From Camelus ferus (Eukaryota): a stretch of 64,000 nucleotides of DNA. The DNA lies in NCBI RefSeq assembly GCF_009834535.1, contig NC_045697.1, positions 48,920,001-48,984,000 on the forward strand. The letters are read 5' to 3'. The notes under the pieces were generated by a model. That model searched no databases, was not told the DNA's origin, and saw only the letters and a program-made list of their open reading frames with translations. Below, one piece after another: positions 26,620-39,307 of the stretch (the first letter of the stretch is position 1; each line of letters opens with the position of its first letter). The position numbers and the translations under genes were made by a program.

Positions 26620-28200
26620 TATTTTGTTTATTTTATTGAGATATAATTCACCTACCATGATACTCAACTTATTAGAGTATATGAGTCAGTGGTTTTTAGT
26701 ATATTCACAGTGTTTTGCAACCATTACCACTATCTAATTCCGTAACATTGTTTATTACCCTTCAGAGCAATTCTGTACTCATCAGTAATCACCCCCTAGT
26801 CTCCTTCTCCCTGCATCACCTGGCAACCACCAATCTGCTTTTCGTTTTTATTCTGGACATCCTATACAAATGGAATCACACAATGTGTGGTCCTTTATTA
26901 CTGTCTTCTTTCACTTAGCATAATGTTTTCAAGGTTCGTCCATGTTGTAGCTGAAATCAGTACTTCATTCTTTTACATGATTGAATAATAATCAGTTGTA
27001 TGAATATACCATGTTTCATTTATCCATCAGTTGATGAACAGTTGAGCTTTTCCCCCCCATGTTTTGACCATTCTGAATAGTGCTGCTATAAACATTTATG
27101 TACAAGATCTTGTGTGGACTTACGTTTTCATTTCTCTTGAGTAAATATTGAGGGGAGGGGGTCATGTGGTAACTCTGTTTAACTATTTGAGGAACTATCC
27201 AATGGTTTTCCAAAGTGGCTACACCTTTTTACATACCCACCAGCAATGTATGGCTGTTCCAATTTCTCCACATCCTTGTCAACACTTGCTATTGTCTGCT
27301 TTTTTCATTATAGCCATCCTAAGTGGGTGTGAAGGGGTACTTTGTGGTTTTGATTTGCATTTCTCTGATGACTAATGACATTGGGCATCTTTTCATGTGT
27401 TTGTTCTCCATTTGTATATCCTTTTTTGGAGAAATACCTTCAAATCTTTTGCTCATTTTTAATGGAGTTATTTGTCTCTTTTCATTGTTGTTTTCAAGTA
27501 GTTCTTTTTTTTCTTCTTTTGTTTTTTAATTTCAGCTTCATTGAGGAATTGATAAATGTAATAGTTTTCTATATATTCTAGATACTAGACCTTTATCAGA
27601 TAAATGATTTCAAAATATGTTTCTCCTACTCTCTGGGTTGTCTTTCACATTTGTTTTTGTTTTTGGTTTTGGTTTTTTAGACAATTGACTACATGTTTTC
27701 CACACTTCCAATACTTTCTCTTCCTTCTGTTATATTACGAGAGATAACTACATGAAAATAAAATTTCATATGAACTGGAAATATATTTCTTAACTTTCTC
27801 TTCTGGGGACATAATGATCTCTACAGCTGCGAGGTTCCAAACAGAGGACAGTTTCTTCAAGTTGATAACAACACAATAAAATTTCTCTGCAAATGTTCAC
27901 CCTAATACTGAAAGAAAGGATGGTTGTGTGGAGTTGTTACCGAATTAGTCATATAGCCCCAGCTTGGGCCCTAGCCTGGCCCAGCCCCCTGCCTCAATGG
28001 GGAAAGTTCTTTTTCCATTTGAATTCACACAGCCAATAACAAAACCAATCTCTTTTCATGCTCTTGATACTTCCCTTTGAAGCAAAAGTTTTAAATTTTG
28101 ATTAAACAAATTTACATATATATTTTTCCTTTGCTTGCTTGTGTTTTGGGTATCCATCTTAGAAACCACTCCCTAATCCAAGGTCAGGAGTATCTCATAA
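26620..28200 (-). mobile_element. L1MB-like 3' fragment interrupted by an insert at 27651-28050
   Basis: TTTATTGAGATATAATTCAC...CCCACCAGCAATGTATG...TTGATTTGCATTTCTCTGATG; resumes at CCTTTGAAGCAAAAGTTTTAAATTTTGAT. Confidence 0.9.
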
Positions 28201-28729
28201 CATTTTTATTAAAATGTAATTCACATACCATTCTTAAAAACTTTTTTTATTGTGAATATAACATATACACCAAAAAGTTAAAACATAAATGTATAACTTA
28301 ATTATTATAGACCCATCACCCAGGTCAAGAAATAGACTATTGCCAGAGCCCCAGCAGGCTCCCTCAGTGCCCCCCCCCAACTGCTTCCCAATCATAACCA
28401 TGGCAAGATTGTGGTTCTTGAAGGCAAATCTTAAATTAGACCCATCTTTATGTTCAAGCAGAATTTATTACAGTACTTGATAATAAAAATTGTTGAGTGA
28501 ATTAGCAAAGAATGGAAAATCAGCTAATTTTACTATCTAATAGCATCACCTATAAATTTTTGATTGGTGAAGAGATTTGCATAATTACACAAAGCTGTGT
28601 TTCTCAATCTGCTTTTGTGTTTTATTTGTTTGTTTTGCCCCAGTTCATCTTGGGTACACGACACATTTTGATCAAGTAATGGCTCATTCCAGGTAGAGGG
28701 AGGAAAATAATAATCTCAGTAATAAAATT

Positions 28730-28980
28730 GCTAATAATTATTTACTGCATGCTTACCATATGCCTGAAACTGTGCCTAGAATTATGTCAATCTTTACAAC
28801 ACCCTTAATGAGATGTATATTTTTATCCCTCCCCTTCTACCTTCCGTAGCCCTTCAACTCCCATTCTTTTATTTTTAACCAAGGCTTACCAAAATGAAGT
28901 AACCTGCCCCAGGTCACACAGCTATCAAACGGCAGACAAAGAATGCAGAATCAGGCAATCTGACTCCAGAGCCTACATGA
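28730..28980 (-). mobile_element. MIR SINE
   Basis: GAAGTAACCTGCCCCAGGTCACACAGCT...TCTGACTCCAGAGCCT. Confidence 0.8.
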
Positions 28981-30639
28981 TACAGTCCTCAACTCTTCTC
29001 AGGTAATTCTGAGGCCCAAAGTGCCTGAGAGCTGCCCTTAAATGCTCACTGGATCCCTGGTGTCTTTCTCAGGTGTTCATTTAGATGTACAGAGCCTTGA
29101 AACAAGAAGTGTTCAGTAAATGGTATTTATGATAACACATTTTCTTATTGCCATCTTGGACCCATTCTTGATGCAGTCATGTGTCACTTTCCACCTGGGA
29201 TAGCAGGCTCTGTGGGTGTTACAATTGAATACAGACCTTCCCACTTTGGGTAACATTCCAACTGTTCCTACATTCATATTTGCTATAAAAATGGAAGCAT
29301 GTGGCCATAAAGAAAGAAGAAACTCGTACTTAGAAGAGAGAACAATCTTCAGGTAACCTTAAGAGCTGCATGATTTTGTTAAAATTTACCCATAGCAGAT
29401 TAAGGGTCACTCAGAGTTGCTTTCTTTGGTCAAGACATTTAGTTGTTCTTTTTTTGGTATAAAGGTGAGTGATGTTTCATAACAAAGCAGTGTATATACA
29501 CACACACAACCTTTTACCTCTTCCTCTTAAAAAGGCACAGACACAAAGCAAGATAGGAACATGATCTCCTTGGCAAATTTTTGGACCAGCTTTTAAAGGG
29601 AGTATAACCAAGACTTGACTGAGGAATTCTCTGTGAACATCACCACTTTCTGTTTACAGCATTATTAACAGGCTGTCACCTGATCATAGGGTATTCGTTT
29701 CATTTGTGGCGCACAAAGCAAATGTATTAGATGAATTAAATTCTGCTTGAAATGTGGCATGCTAAATTGACCATGGTTGGCTTGGTGGCAGTACTCTAAC
29801 AAAATAATGAATTCAGTCTGGGCCTAGAGAACACATCCTTGGCAAACAGCTTTTTGGCATTTTCAGCCACATTCGTTAAGTGGGGATACATTTTCCAAGA
29901 GCTTCATTAGCAATTGAAGGTGGGAGCAAACCATTAGGCCATGCAATTATCCTCTCATAGTCAGGTCAGCCCTGTTGCAGAGACCGTTCCATACAACGTG
30001 GCAATGCAATCGCACTTTTCAGCTGTGTGGAAAACTCTCACCCCACCAAAAAGACTATTTTTTGGTTACAACTTATCTTGATTATATGTCACTTTTTCTT
30101 TTTATCCTTGTGTTTTTCTTAATACTTAATCTGCCGTCCAAAAGTGTTCCTCTAATATGTGGTTAATTTTATTTTAGTTTTGACAGTAACTTGCTTTCCA
30201 AGTACTATATTAAAAGGGTTGTTTAATTGAGTAGGGTGAATAACAGTTTCTATCTCTTGAGAACTGGGTTTCAAGTATCTACTGCTTTGTGGTTTTCAAA
30301 GTACTTTCACACTCAGAAACTCACTTGATTCTCATAGAAACTCTATGAAGTAGAGAGACAGAGTATAGTGAGTAACTCTGAGTCTAGGGTCAAATTGCTT
30401 AGTCTAACTTTCTTTCCTTTACTGCAAAATGGGGTTTGTAATAGGACCTATTGCATAGATGTGCTGTAAAGAATAAACAAGTTAATATAGAGCAGTAAGT
30501 TTGGGTATACATTAAGTATTAATTACAAGTTAGCTGTAATTTTTGTTTTAAAGAATGTTTTAAAATCTGTTTGTGTCAAGGAAGAGTGAAGCTTAAATAA
30601 GATCTTTTAAGAATTGTATCAGAAGATAAAACTTGGTTG

Positions 30640-31740
30640 GGTGATGCAGGCCTCATAGAGTGAGTTAGGAAGTATTCCTTCCTCTGCAATTTTTTGGGAT
30701 AGTTTGAGAAGGATAGATGTTAACTCTTCTCTACATGTTTGGTAGAATTCACCTGTGAAGTCACCTGGTTCTGACCTTTTGTTGGGAGTTTTAAAATTAT
30801 TGATTCAATTTCATTAGTGGTAATTGGTCTGTTCATATTTTCTATTTCTTCCTGGTTCAGTCTTGGGGAGATTACACCTTTCTAGGAGTTCGTCCATTTC
30901 TTCTAGGTTGTCCATTTTATTGGCATGTAGTTGTTCATTGCAGTCTCTTATGATCTTTTCTATCTCTGTGGTGTCGCTTATAATGTCTCCCTTTTCATTT
31001 CTGATTTTACTGATTTGGGCCCTCTCCTTTTTTTCTTGATAAATATGGCTAAAGTTTTATTAATTTTGTTTATCTTTTCAAAGAAACAGCTTTTAGTTGA
31101 TCTTTTCTATTTTTTATTTTTTTTTAGTCTCTATTTCATTTATTTCTGCCTTGATCTTTATGATTTCTTTCCTTCTACTAACTTAGGGTTTTGTGTGTTC
31201 TTCTTTTTCTAGTTCCTTTAGGCATAAGGTTAGGTTGTTTATCACTGGTCACAGCAGCATTATTTAGAATTACCAAGATACGATGTAGTAGTAAAATACT
31301 ACTCAGCTTCAAAAAGTAATGAAGTTTTGTCATTTGCAGCAACACGGATGAACTTGGAGGGCCTTATGCTAAGTGAAATATCAGACAGGGAAAGACCAAT
31401 ACTGTATGATATCACTGATGTGAGGAATCTAAAAAATACAGCAAACAAGTGAATATAACAAAAAAGTAAGCAGACTCAGAGATACAGAGAATAAGCCAGT
31501 GGTTACCAGTGGGAAGAGGGAATAGGGAGGGGCAAGACATGGGGATGAGAGTAAGAGGTACAAACTATTAGGCTTAAAATAAGCTACAAGGACATATTAT
31601 ACAACACAGGGAATAAAGCCAATATTTTATAATAACTGTAAGTGGAATATAACTTTTAAAACTGTGAACCACTATATTGTACACCTGTAACATAGACTAT
31701 TGTACAGCAACTATAATTCAATAAAAATATAAATAAATAA
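30640..31740 (+). mobile_element. 5'-inverted (twin-primed) L1 insertion
   Basis: Minus-strand ORF2 segment 30640-31242 joined to a plus-strand L1 3' end with A-rich tail 31243-31740; TSD ATAAAACTTGG(T/C)TG at 30626-30639 and 31741-31754. Confidence 0.88.
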
Positions 31741-33382
31741 ATAAAACTTGGCTGATCCATTCTTGTCATTTTTCGTCTTAAATCTCAATCTTCCTTCCTA
31801 TAAAGCTCTGTATCTTCAACTGTCCATTGTCTTGTCTCCTCAAATTAAACCCAGTTTCTACTTTGACCTACTGGAATCTTTTCTAACCCCAGTCCTCTCA
31901 CTCATCCAGAGTACTAGGTTAACAGGTTAGGGGCAAAAGAGAAGAGAGCAAAAGGAGATGACTGGGAATTTAAATGGGAGACCTGGGTCAACTTGCTTCT
32001 GATAGCTTATTACGCAGCCTCAGATGAGCAGCCCTTTCTCACTCCTCACCCTCCACACCCACCAGACTCTGCAAGGGTTGGTCTTGCCACTTCCAGAAGG
32101 AGTGGAACATGACCTATAGGCACAACCAAAATTTCTTTTATTATATGTTGCAAATCACATACTACTCCCTACAATGAATCATCATGAACAAAACACTGAC
32201 CCACTTTAAATTAGAAATAGCTTTAACAGCATTGGTTAATCTAACATGTGCAATTAGTTTATATATGTGTTTATTATTTTTTACATATGTATATATACAT
32301 ATAAAATTGTTTTGGCTTTATCATAATAACTATGAACTAATCTCACAATTTTTAAATGAACCCAAGTTCATTACAGAAATTAATAGCTAAGTGATAGCAA
32401 CTGAAAGCCCTAAGAGGGAATTATAAAAATGGTGTAAAAAATCCAAGTTAAGTGACAAGAAATTCTACCATTTGTTTGCTCTTTCCAAGAATGCTGCAGT
32501 GAATGTCCTTGTACGTACAACCACTATGCACATGAGTGAGTATTTCTGCTTTAAGTTCAAATCCTAGAAATGGTATTGCTGGGTTAGAGAGAATGTGAAT
32601 TTGTACTTCCCATAGATGCTGCCAAAATGCGCTCTCTGTGGATGTTGTATCAATTTACATTTCCACTAGCAATGTATAGGAGGGGTGTCTCCTGTGCAGA
32701 ATGTTCCCCTCAACTCTTGCCAAATCTTGGCCAATAGGATAGGTTAAAAATTAATCCCAGCCCTTCTGCTGGAGCCCAATCACTCTGCCCTGTAGTTGAG
32801 AGCACACTCTTCCAGGGGGCTGAATCTGGTCCTCTAAGCGGTCAAGGGGGTCTCTTCATGCTCCTTCATGTTAATCCAGATATTGTCCATTATCTGTCCT
32901 TCCTCACGTCCCACCTTTTAGAACAATGGAGACAGCCCAAATCAAGCCTGAACTCCTCATTTCCATTTTTAATATTAGTTACTGGGAAGTAGGGTATCGT
33001 CCGTGGAAGTCAGCCTTACAACCAAGTCACTTCCCTAAGTTCTGGTTCTAACTTCCTCAAGCCAGTGCAAATGAGGGTTCAGTGTGCCTCAGAGCTAATC
33101 TTAGTCAAATTACAACTAGGTTTAGGCAAGTGGGGACTACATCTCTTCATCTCATGTCTTTCTACACTTCCCCTTTCTCCTCAGTTCCTTGAAGATCACT
33201 GGTGGAAGTTTCAGTGTCTTCATTTGCAAGGTCTCTCAGACCCTGATTAGATTCACAAAGCACATTAGGGGTGATCACCAGGAGCGCAAACCCATTGCTT
33301 AGCTGCCTTGGGTGTTAGCCCCTCTTACTAGCATTTGCTCTGTCTTTTAGAGTTCCATGATCATTCACTTTCATTCATAATT

Positions 33383-33600
33383 TAAAGTCAGACAGACCTG
33401 GGTTTGAATCCCAGAGGGACCACTAACAAGCCATGTGATCTCGGGTTAACTTAACATCTCTAAACTTCAGTTTACTCATCAATAAAATGGAGATGACACG
33501 CTTCCCTTTCGGGCTTCTAGAGAGGACACAGATAATACATATACATAAAAATCATTTAGTACAAGGGTTGGCACAAAGCATAAATGCAACAGATAATTAT
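33383..33600 (+). mobile_element. MIR SINE
   Basis: AGTCAGACAGACCTGGGTTTGAATCCC...CTTCAGTTTACTCATCAATAAAATGGAGAT. Confidence 0.88.
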
Positions 33601-34788
33601 TTCCTTCTATTACTCCTCTGGCAGAGAAACAAAATACTATTTTAGCAGTATTTTACTTTCTCTTAAGCCTATATTGTCATTGCATCCTCAGCCCCCAAAC
33701 TAGGCATTTCATCCTTGTCTCTTATTATTGCTAAGATGTAAAATTAAGAAAGGAAACAAACAAACAAAAAGAGGCCTTGGTTTTGTTGTTTTAGTTTGAT
33801 CATTTTTTGCAAGACTTCTGCTGGTTCCAGACTTAGACTTATTGTTACTATTACAAGGTGAATGTTTTAGATTCTCCCAAGATTAAATGCATCATTACTA
33901 TTGAATGAAAGCCTAAAGCATCCAGGAAATAGCAGGGTCCCCCTTCTGCATCAGATAAAAAAATATTACAGACTTGGTGGTGGCTCAGTGGCCAAGGCTT
34001 CCTGGCATTGCTCTGTCCCTGAGGAAGTCAGTCTACAAGGCAGAAGACTTGATTCCTACAACTGCTCTGTAACCAAAATCTCTCTCTCACTATTAACAAT
34101 GAATAGTACTGCACCTTGAAAATTCACAAGGCGAGTTAGACGAGAACACGAAAGGGGAAGAGCGCGAAGGAGCAGATGCCGTGGGAGAAGAGAAGAACAA
34201 TTTTGCTTTCAGTCTACCTGATTAGGCTGTGATAATGCCCTCTGCAGAACTGTCCATCACGGCCTCACTTAGGTCAGACAAGAGTCTGACCCTAATGCCT
34301 GGGTGACAAAGGGCAAACAAAGCCAAATTCAATTTTAGCTGATCCTTGACAGAAGGAAAAAACATTCTTCAAGGAGCCTGTTGAGAGCACCACATGATAC
34401 CCACATTTTTCATTTTTGACACATTAGATCCTGTGTTAACACTTCATGATATAAAATAGAAAGCAAAATATAGAGCAGAGACAGACAAACGTTTAAATGC
34501 TGCCCAGGTTCCCAGCGTCTGCTCCCAATCTCAGGAATTTCATCTTGTCCCTGGATCCACTTTAAAAATGTATGTCCAGAAGCAACACTTTGTCACCTAG
34601 ACATTTTTCTAGGGGAAAGAAACCAACTCTATTCAGGACTTATTTGTATGGCATATTTAATTAATTTTTTAAACGTTCAGTTATTGGGAGAAAATAAAAT
34701 TAGGCTCCCTAAGGCCCAGAAATCTCAGACTTGTCAACAATCTACTATTCAATGGACTTCAAGCTTTTTTGCATGATGAGTTGATTTC

Positions 34789-35070
34789 TGTGTTAGCTCA
34801 GGTGCTCTGAGAAATAAATGCCAAAGTGGAACAAGTTGTGAAAGACATGTAGTGGGGGGAACACCTGTGGAATTTAAAGGGGTGAAGGACTGGGGATAGG
34901 AGGAGAGAGCCTTCTGATTGCTGTGCAGGTCTGACACCTGTGAAAGGAGAGGGAGGGAAGGAGTCCTGAGTGGGAGGAGCTTCAGCCTGTGATGTGATTC
35001 TGAGAAAGTCTTGGCCAGGCTTCTGGGGAGCCCCCATAGCAAAGGATGCCTGTCATAGCAGGTATCAAGC
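34789..35070 (-). mobile_element. ERVL LTR fragment (LTR16-like)
   Basis: GTGCAGGTCTGACACCTGTGAAAGGAGAGGGAGGGAAGGAG...CTGAGAAAGTCTTGGCCAGG. Confidence 0.7.
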
Positions 35071-35189
35071 ATCAGTCAGTATATACACATACACTAGCTT
35101 GGATAAGCAAGTGATGTGGATCAACTTTTTTAATAAGATTCAAGTGAAGTCTTGGGTTTTTAATTGAGGGAAATTAAAGAGTCTATAGA

Positions 35190-35990
35190 TCTTTGAAATT
35201 TTCTAGATACTTGTTCTGAGTGGATGCTAATTCCTGGGGACCCAAAACACCACTGGAGATCAGTATTCAAAGAGAAGACTATGGTACTTGGGTGATACAT
35301 GAGATCTGAGCTCAAGTTTATTTTATAGGACCCACCCTGTAGTTATTTCCTTAGTTCTTGAGTATATAATTGATGTATACACGTTGGAAACTGGTCTGAT
35401 CTCCATGCTGGAAGGTGGCAAAATGCTGTTGGAAGGCCAAGTAGAAGCTCTTGAAACTCCTTCCACCCTACCCTCAACAGTCAACTAAAAGCAACATCAC
35501 ATTCCCAGGAGAATTGAAAGATTAATGCCACCACCAAAGACTGAGAAGATGCAGGAATGGCAACTCCTAACATTCCCATTTAATTTACCAGCTTGGCCTG
35601 TGCAGAAGATGTATTCAACCTGGATGGTGATTATGGATTATTGTAAACGTAATCAGGCGATGCCAGTTGTAGCTGCTATTTCCAATGTGATGACTTTACT
35701 TGAGCAAATTAACACAAGTATCTGGCATCTGGTACCCAGCTATTGATATTAATTTTTCTTCCCTGAAAACAATTCTCAAGGATCACAAGTCTTCTGCTTT
35801 CCACTAACAGGACAACAGTACACTCTCACTGTCTTACCTCAGGGCTAGGTCAACCCTTCTGCTCTCTGTCATGGTCTCCGTCAGAGTCCCCAGAGGACCA
35901 TCTTCACGTCCCACAGAACATCACATGTGTCCCTCATTGATGATATCATGCTAAATTGCTCCTTGTGAGCAGATGGTACTAAATAGATTC
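35190..35990 (+). mobile_element. Degraded ERVL pol (protease to reverse transcriptase) fragment
   Basis: LDTCSEWMLIPGDPKHH (protease DTG-like motif, about 35203-35255); FPFNLPAWPVQKMYSTWMVIMDYCKRNQ...LLEQINTS; QQYTLTVLPQG; IDDIML. Frameshifts and stops are present. Confidence 0.88.
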
Positions 35991-36331
35991 ATGTTTATTC
36001 CCTATATTAAATTTCCTCTGCTGACATAACTAGTGTAGATTCTACTTTCCTCTCTGACATAACTTCAAACCCACTTTCCAAACCCAAAATCTTATGTATC
36101 AAATGTCTAAACCAAACCAAAAATTATTGCCAAATGTCTATCATTTTTCCATGAAAGTCTAATTTTCTCCATAAACATCAGATATCTTTCATACAACTGA
36201 TAGAAGTATCACATGAGATATTCAAACAAACTTCATTACTGGCTTCACAACTCCTTTTGACTCCTTTATATGATACTGGAGTAAATTCTGGTTCTGTGGC
36301 TAATTTCTCATTGTCTATGAAGCAAAAAGCC

Positions 36332-36732
36332 TATATGGGCTGAACCGTATTCCCCCAGCCTCCATTCATATGTTGAAGTCCTAAGTCCCAGTATCTCAAA
36401 GTATGACAGTATTTGGAATAGGAACTTTACACAGAGGTGCTTAAGTTAAAATGAGGCTGTTAGAATGGGTCCTAATCCAATATGACTGGTGTCTTCTAAG
36501 AGGAAATTTGGACACAGAGACAGCAGGGATGTGCACACACAGAGAGACCACATGAGGGCACAGAAAGTAGGTGCCATCTGCAAACCAAGGGGGGAGGCCT
36601 CAAAGAAACCAAACCTGTTGACACCTTGATGTTAGACTTTCAGCCTCCAGAACTGTAAGAAAAATTTCTGCTGTGTAAGCCACCTACTTTGTGTGTGGTA
36701 TTTTGTTATGGCAGCCCTAGCAAACTAACACA
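36332..36732 (+). mobile_element. MaLR solo LTR (MLT1B-like)
   Basis: ATTCATATGTTGAAGTCCTAA...CCTAATCCAATATGACTGGTGTC...GTTATGGCAGCCCTAGCAAACTAACACA; flanks AAGCC and CAGCC. Confidence 0.9.
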
Positions 36733-36994
36733 CAGCCTACAGTGTAAAGACGTAGCATGGCTTCTAAACCTTTCAGTGGTAAGAGACAGAAAGGTCACAA
36801 GACAAGGATGAAAGTGTCTTTGTGTCTGTTTTGCTGTGTTTGTGCATCTGTGTCTTTATCTGGGTCCCTGCCTTCCCCACTGACTTTCCCTCTCTTGATG
36901 ACTCTTTGGTTTGGTTTGGTTTGACTGGGGGCAGGAGGGTTTTATTTGACTCCCTCTTTCTTTTTCCTCTCTCCAACTCTCTTCCAATTAACTA

Positions 36995-37222
36995 GATAAT
37001 AGTAATGATACTCACTCTGCTCTAAGAGTTTTACTTCTATTAACTCATTAAAACCTCACAATGCTCTTATGAAGTAATTATCCCCTTTTATCCCAGTTTT
37101 ATAAATGAGGAAATCAAGGGACAGAGAGCTTAAATAACTTGTCCAAGGCACAGGGTTAGCAAGTGACAGGGCTCAGATTAGAGGCCCCAGATTCTAACGG
37201 GTGCTTAATCACTATGCTATGC
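36995..37222 (-). mobile_element. MIR SINE
   Basis: CCCAGTTTTATAAATGAGGAAATCAAGGGACAGAGAGCTTAAATAACTTGTCCAAGG. Confidence 0.85.
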
Positions 37223-38824
37223 CAGTGGATATGTCCATTCCTGAAATGTTAATTTTAACTTATACAGCCCTCAACACTTTCCCTTGGGTAATATTAAACA
37301 GTTGTCCCTTTGGGTAATGGCTGACATCCATACACACATAATCCAGAAGAGGCATATACACACAACTTCTAAATTCAAATATAGAAGTTCTAATGATAAT
37401 GAATTAGAAGTATACCTCAATATGTAACAAACATATGTGTTAACCCTCTTTATCCTCGTACTTAACAGATGAGGAAATTGAGGCCAGTAGACATTGAGGA
37501 CAAGCTAGACTGTAAGGCCATGAGGAGGAACCTTCGGTACCAACTGCAGGGCCCCAGCTCCATTACACCAGCCTCAATGCTGCTCAGAAGACGTCAAGTA
37601 AGCTGCCACACTAATGTTAGCGTTTGTTCAACTGTAGCCACATTTGTTCAACTGTAGCGACATCACTTCAGCCAAAGCACAGAGAAGACGCAGTGTACTT
37701 AAGAGGAGGATTTTAGTCTTCCGTGCTTTGGCTTAGACGGCACCGTGACTCAGCATCAGTGAAAGGGAAAAGCGGATCATGGCGCCGTATCTGGCTGCGT
37801 GGATTTTCCTTCATTCATTTTTTTTTCCCCTCCATCCCCTGCTCCAACTTGATCCTGTTTAGTGAATGAGGCCTGACGGCAATCCGAAGCCGGCACAAAG
37901 AGCTCCCTGCTGACCCGCTGTCACAGCCGCTCAGCCTAGGCTCCCGGGAACTTGGGCAGGCGGAAGAATCCTTTGTCTTCAGACTATGACAAGAGTGGAA
38001 AAAAATCCCAACTATTCGGCTGTGTAGCATCATTCAAGCATGCCTTAATGGGGAAGGTCTAATGAGGAATGCAGTCTTTGAAAAAATCGAGCTTTAAAAA
38101 CTCCCAAAGCATTCTCACTGTACAATTCTACACCATTATCATTAATAGGATTCAAACTACAAACCAGAGATTATGTTACTATTTTACCCGGTTTGATGGC
38201 CACGGGTGTTTCTTTTCTTTGCTGGTTATGTTCAAAGAGATCTGGGCCTGTTATTATCATCGGATGTGCAGGAGAAAACATCCCTATTCTTCGTGGATTC
38301 TATGGGGGTAGCAGGAATAAGAGAATAAAAGAAAAGCCAATTTTAAACTACCGAATGGACCGCAGCTGCTCCAGGCCCCTTCCAGTCCCCGCTTCTCTCC
38401 TGCTGTTGACCTATTAATGGATTCCTGCTCTTGAGCTTAACTCAACTTTCAGAGGGGAGCTGGACCTAACTAACACCATTTTAAATAGTTTCTGAAAGTA
38501 CCCGGAGGCAGTTTCCAAAGACTGTGTATGGGTTTCTGGCAGGTAGAATTCACTTATAATTTTTCCTCTAGAATTTCTTCCAAAGCAATTCAAGAGCTTT
38601 CACCTCCAATGTTGTACTTCATGCATGGTTAAAATGGTTCCAATTAAAAAAGAAAGACAAAGAGTGCTAAAATACTTCAAAAGTGTATGTGTGATGGAAG
38701 ATTTGTATGTGAATTACATCTCAATAAAACTGTAATTTTTTTTAAGTATATGTGTAGTTGGGAGGGAGAAAGAATGGATAAACATGATTGAATACAGAAT
38801 ACTCCTGATTTTAAGAGACATCAC

Positions 38825-39015
38825 TAGGGGGCAGAGAATGGGAAGTTACAGCTTAATGGGTACAGTTTCAGTCTAGGAAGATGAAAAGTTCTGGAAATGG
38901 ACAGTGGTGATGGCTGCACAACAACATAAATGTACTTAATGCCACTGAATTGTACACTTAAAAATAGTTAAAATGGTAAATATTATGTGTTGTGTATTTT
39001 ACCACGATAAAAAGT
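38825..39015 (+). mobile_element. L1MB-like 3' UTR end
   Basis: GATGAAAAGTTCTGGAAATGGACAGTGGTGATGG...GCCACTGAATTGTACACTTAAAAAT. Confidence 0.88.
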
Positions 39016-39307
39016 CGCCACTATTTTTAATAAACAAAAACGATTACTATAAACAAGACTACGTTTGTTTGTTGTAGAAACCTTAGAAAAGGAAATGAAA
39101 AAAAGAGGAAAATATAAATCATTTAAAATACCACTATCTGACACAACGATTTTTAATACTTTTGTATATAAAGTGTCCTCAATTTTGTCAAAAAACATAT
39201 AAATAAATAAAACTGGGGTTGTACTAGGTATATTATTTAGCAATCTGCTTCTCCCTCATATATATATATATCATCTTTCCATGCTTACATAGCTAGATAA
39301 ACAGGTA

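Noticed and set aside
29200..30160. Stretch without recognisable repeats that might be a conserved non-coding element or exon
   Set aside because: No ORF, splice pattern or strong motif I can support without alignments.
35525..35746. 73-aa RT-like ORF as a domesticated retroviral gene
   Set aside because: The surrounding pol is broken by frameshifts and stops.
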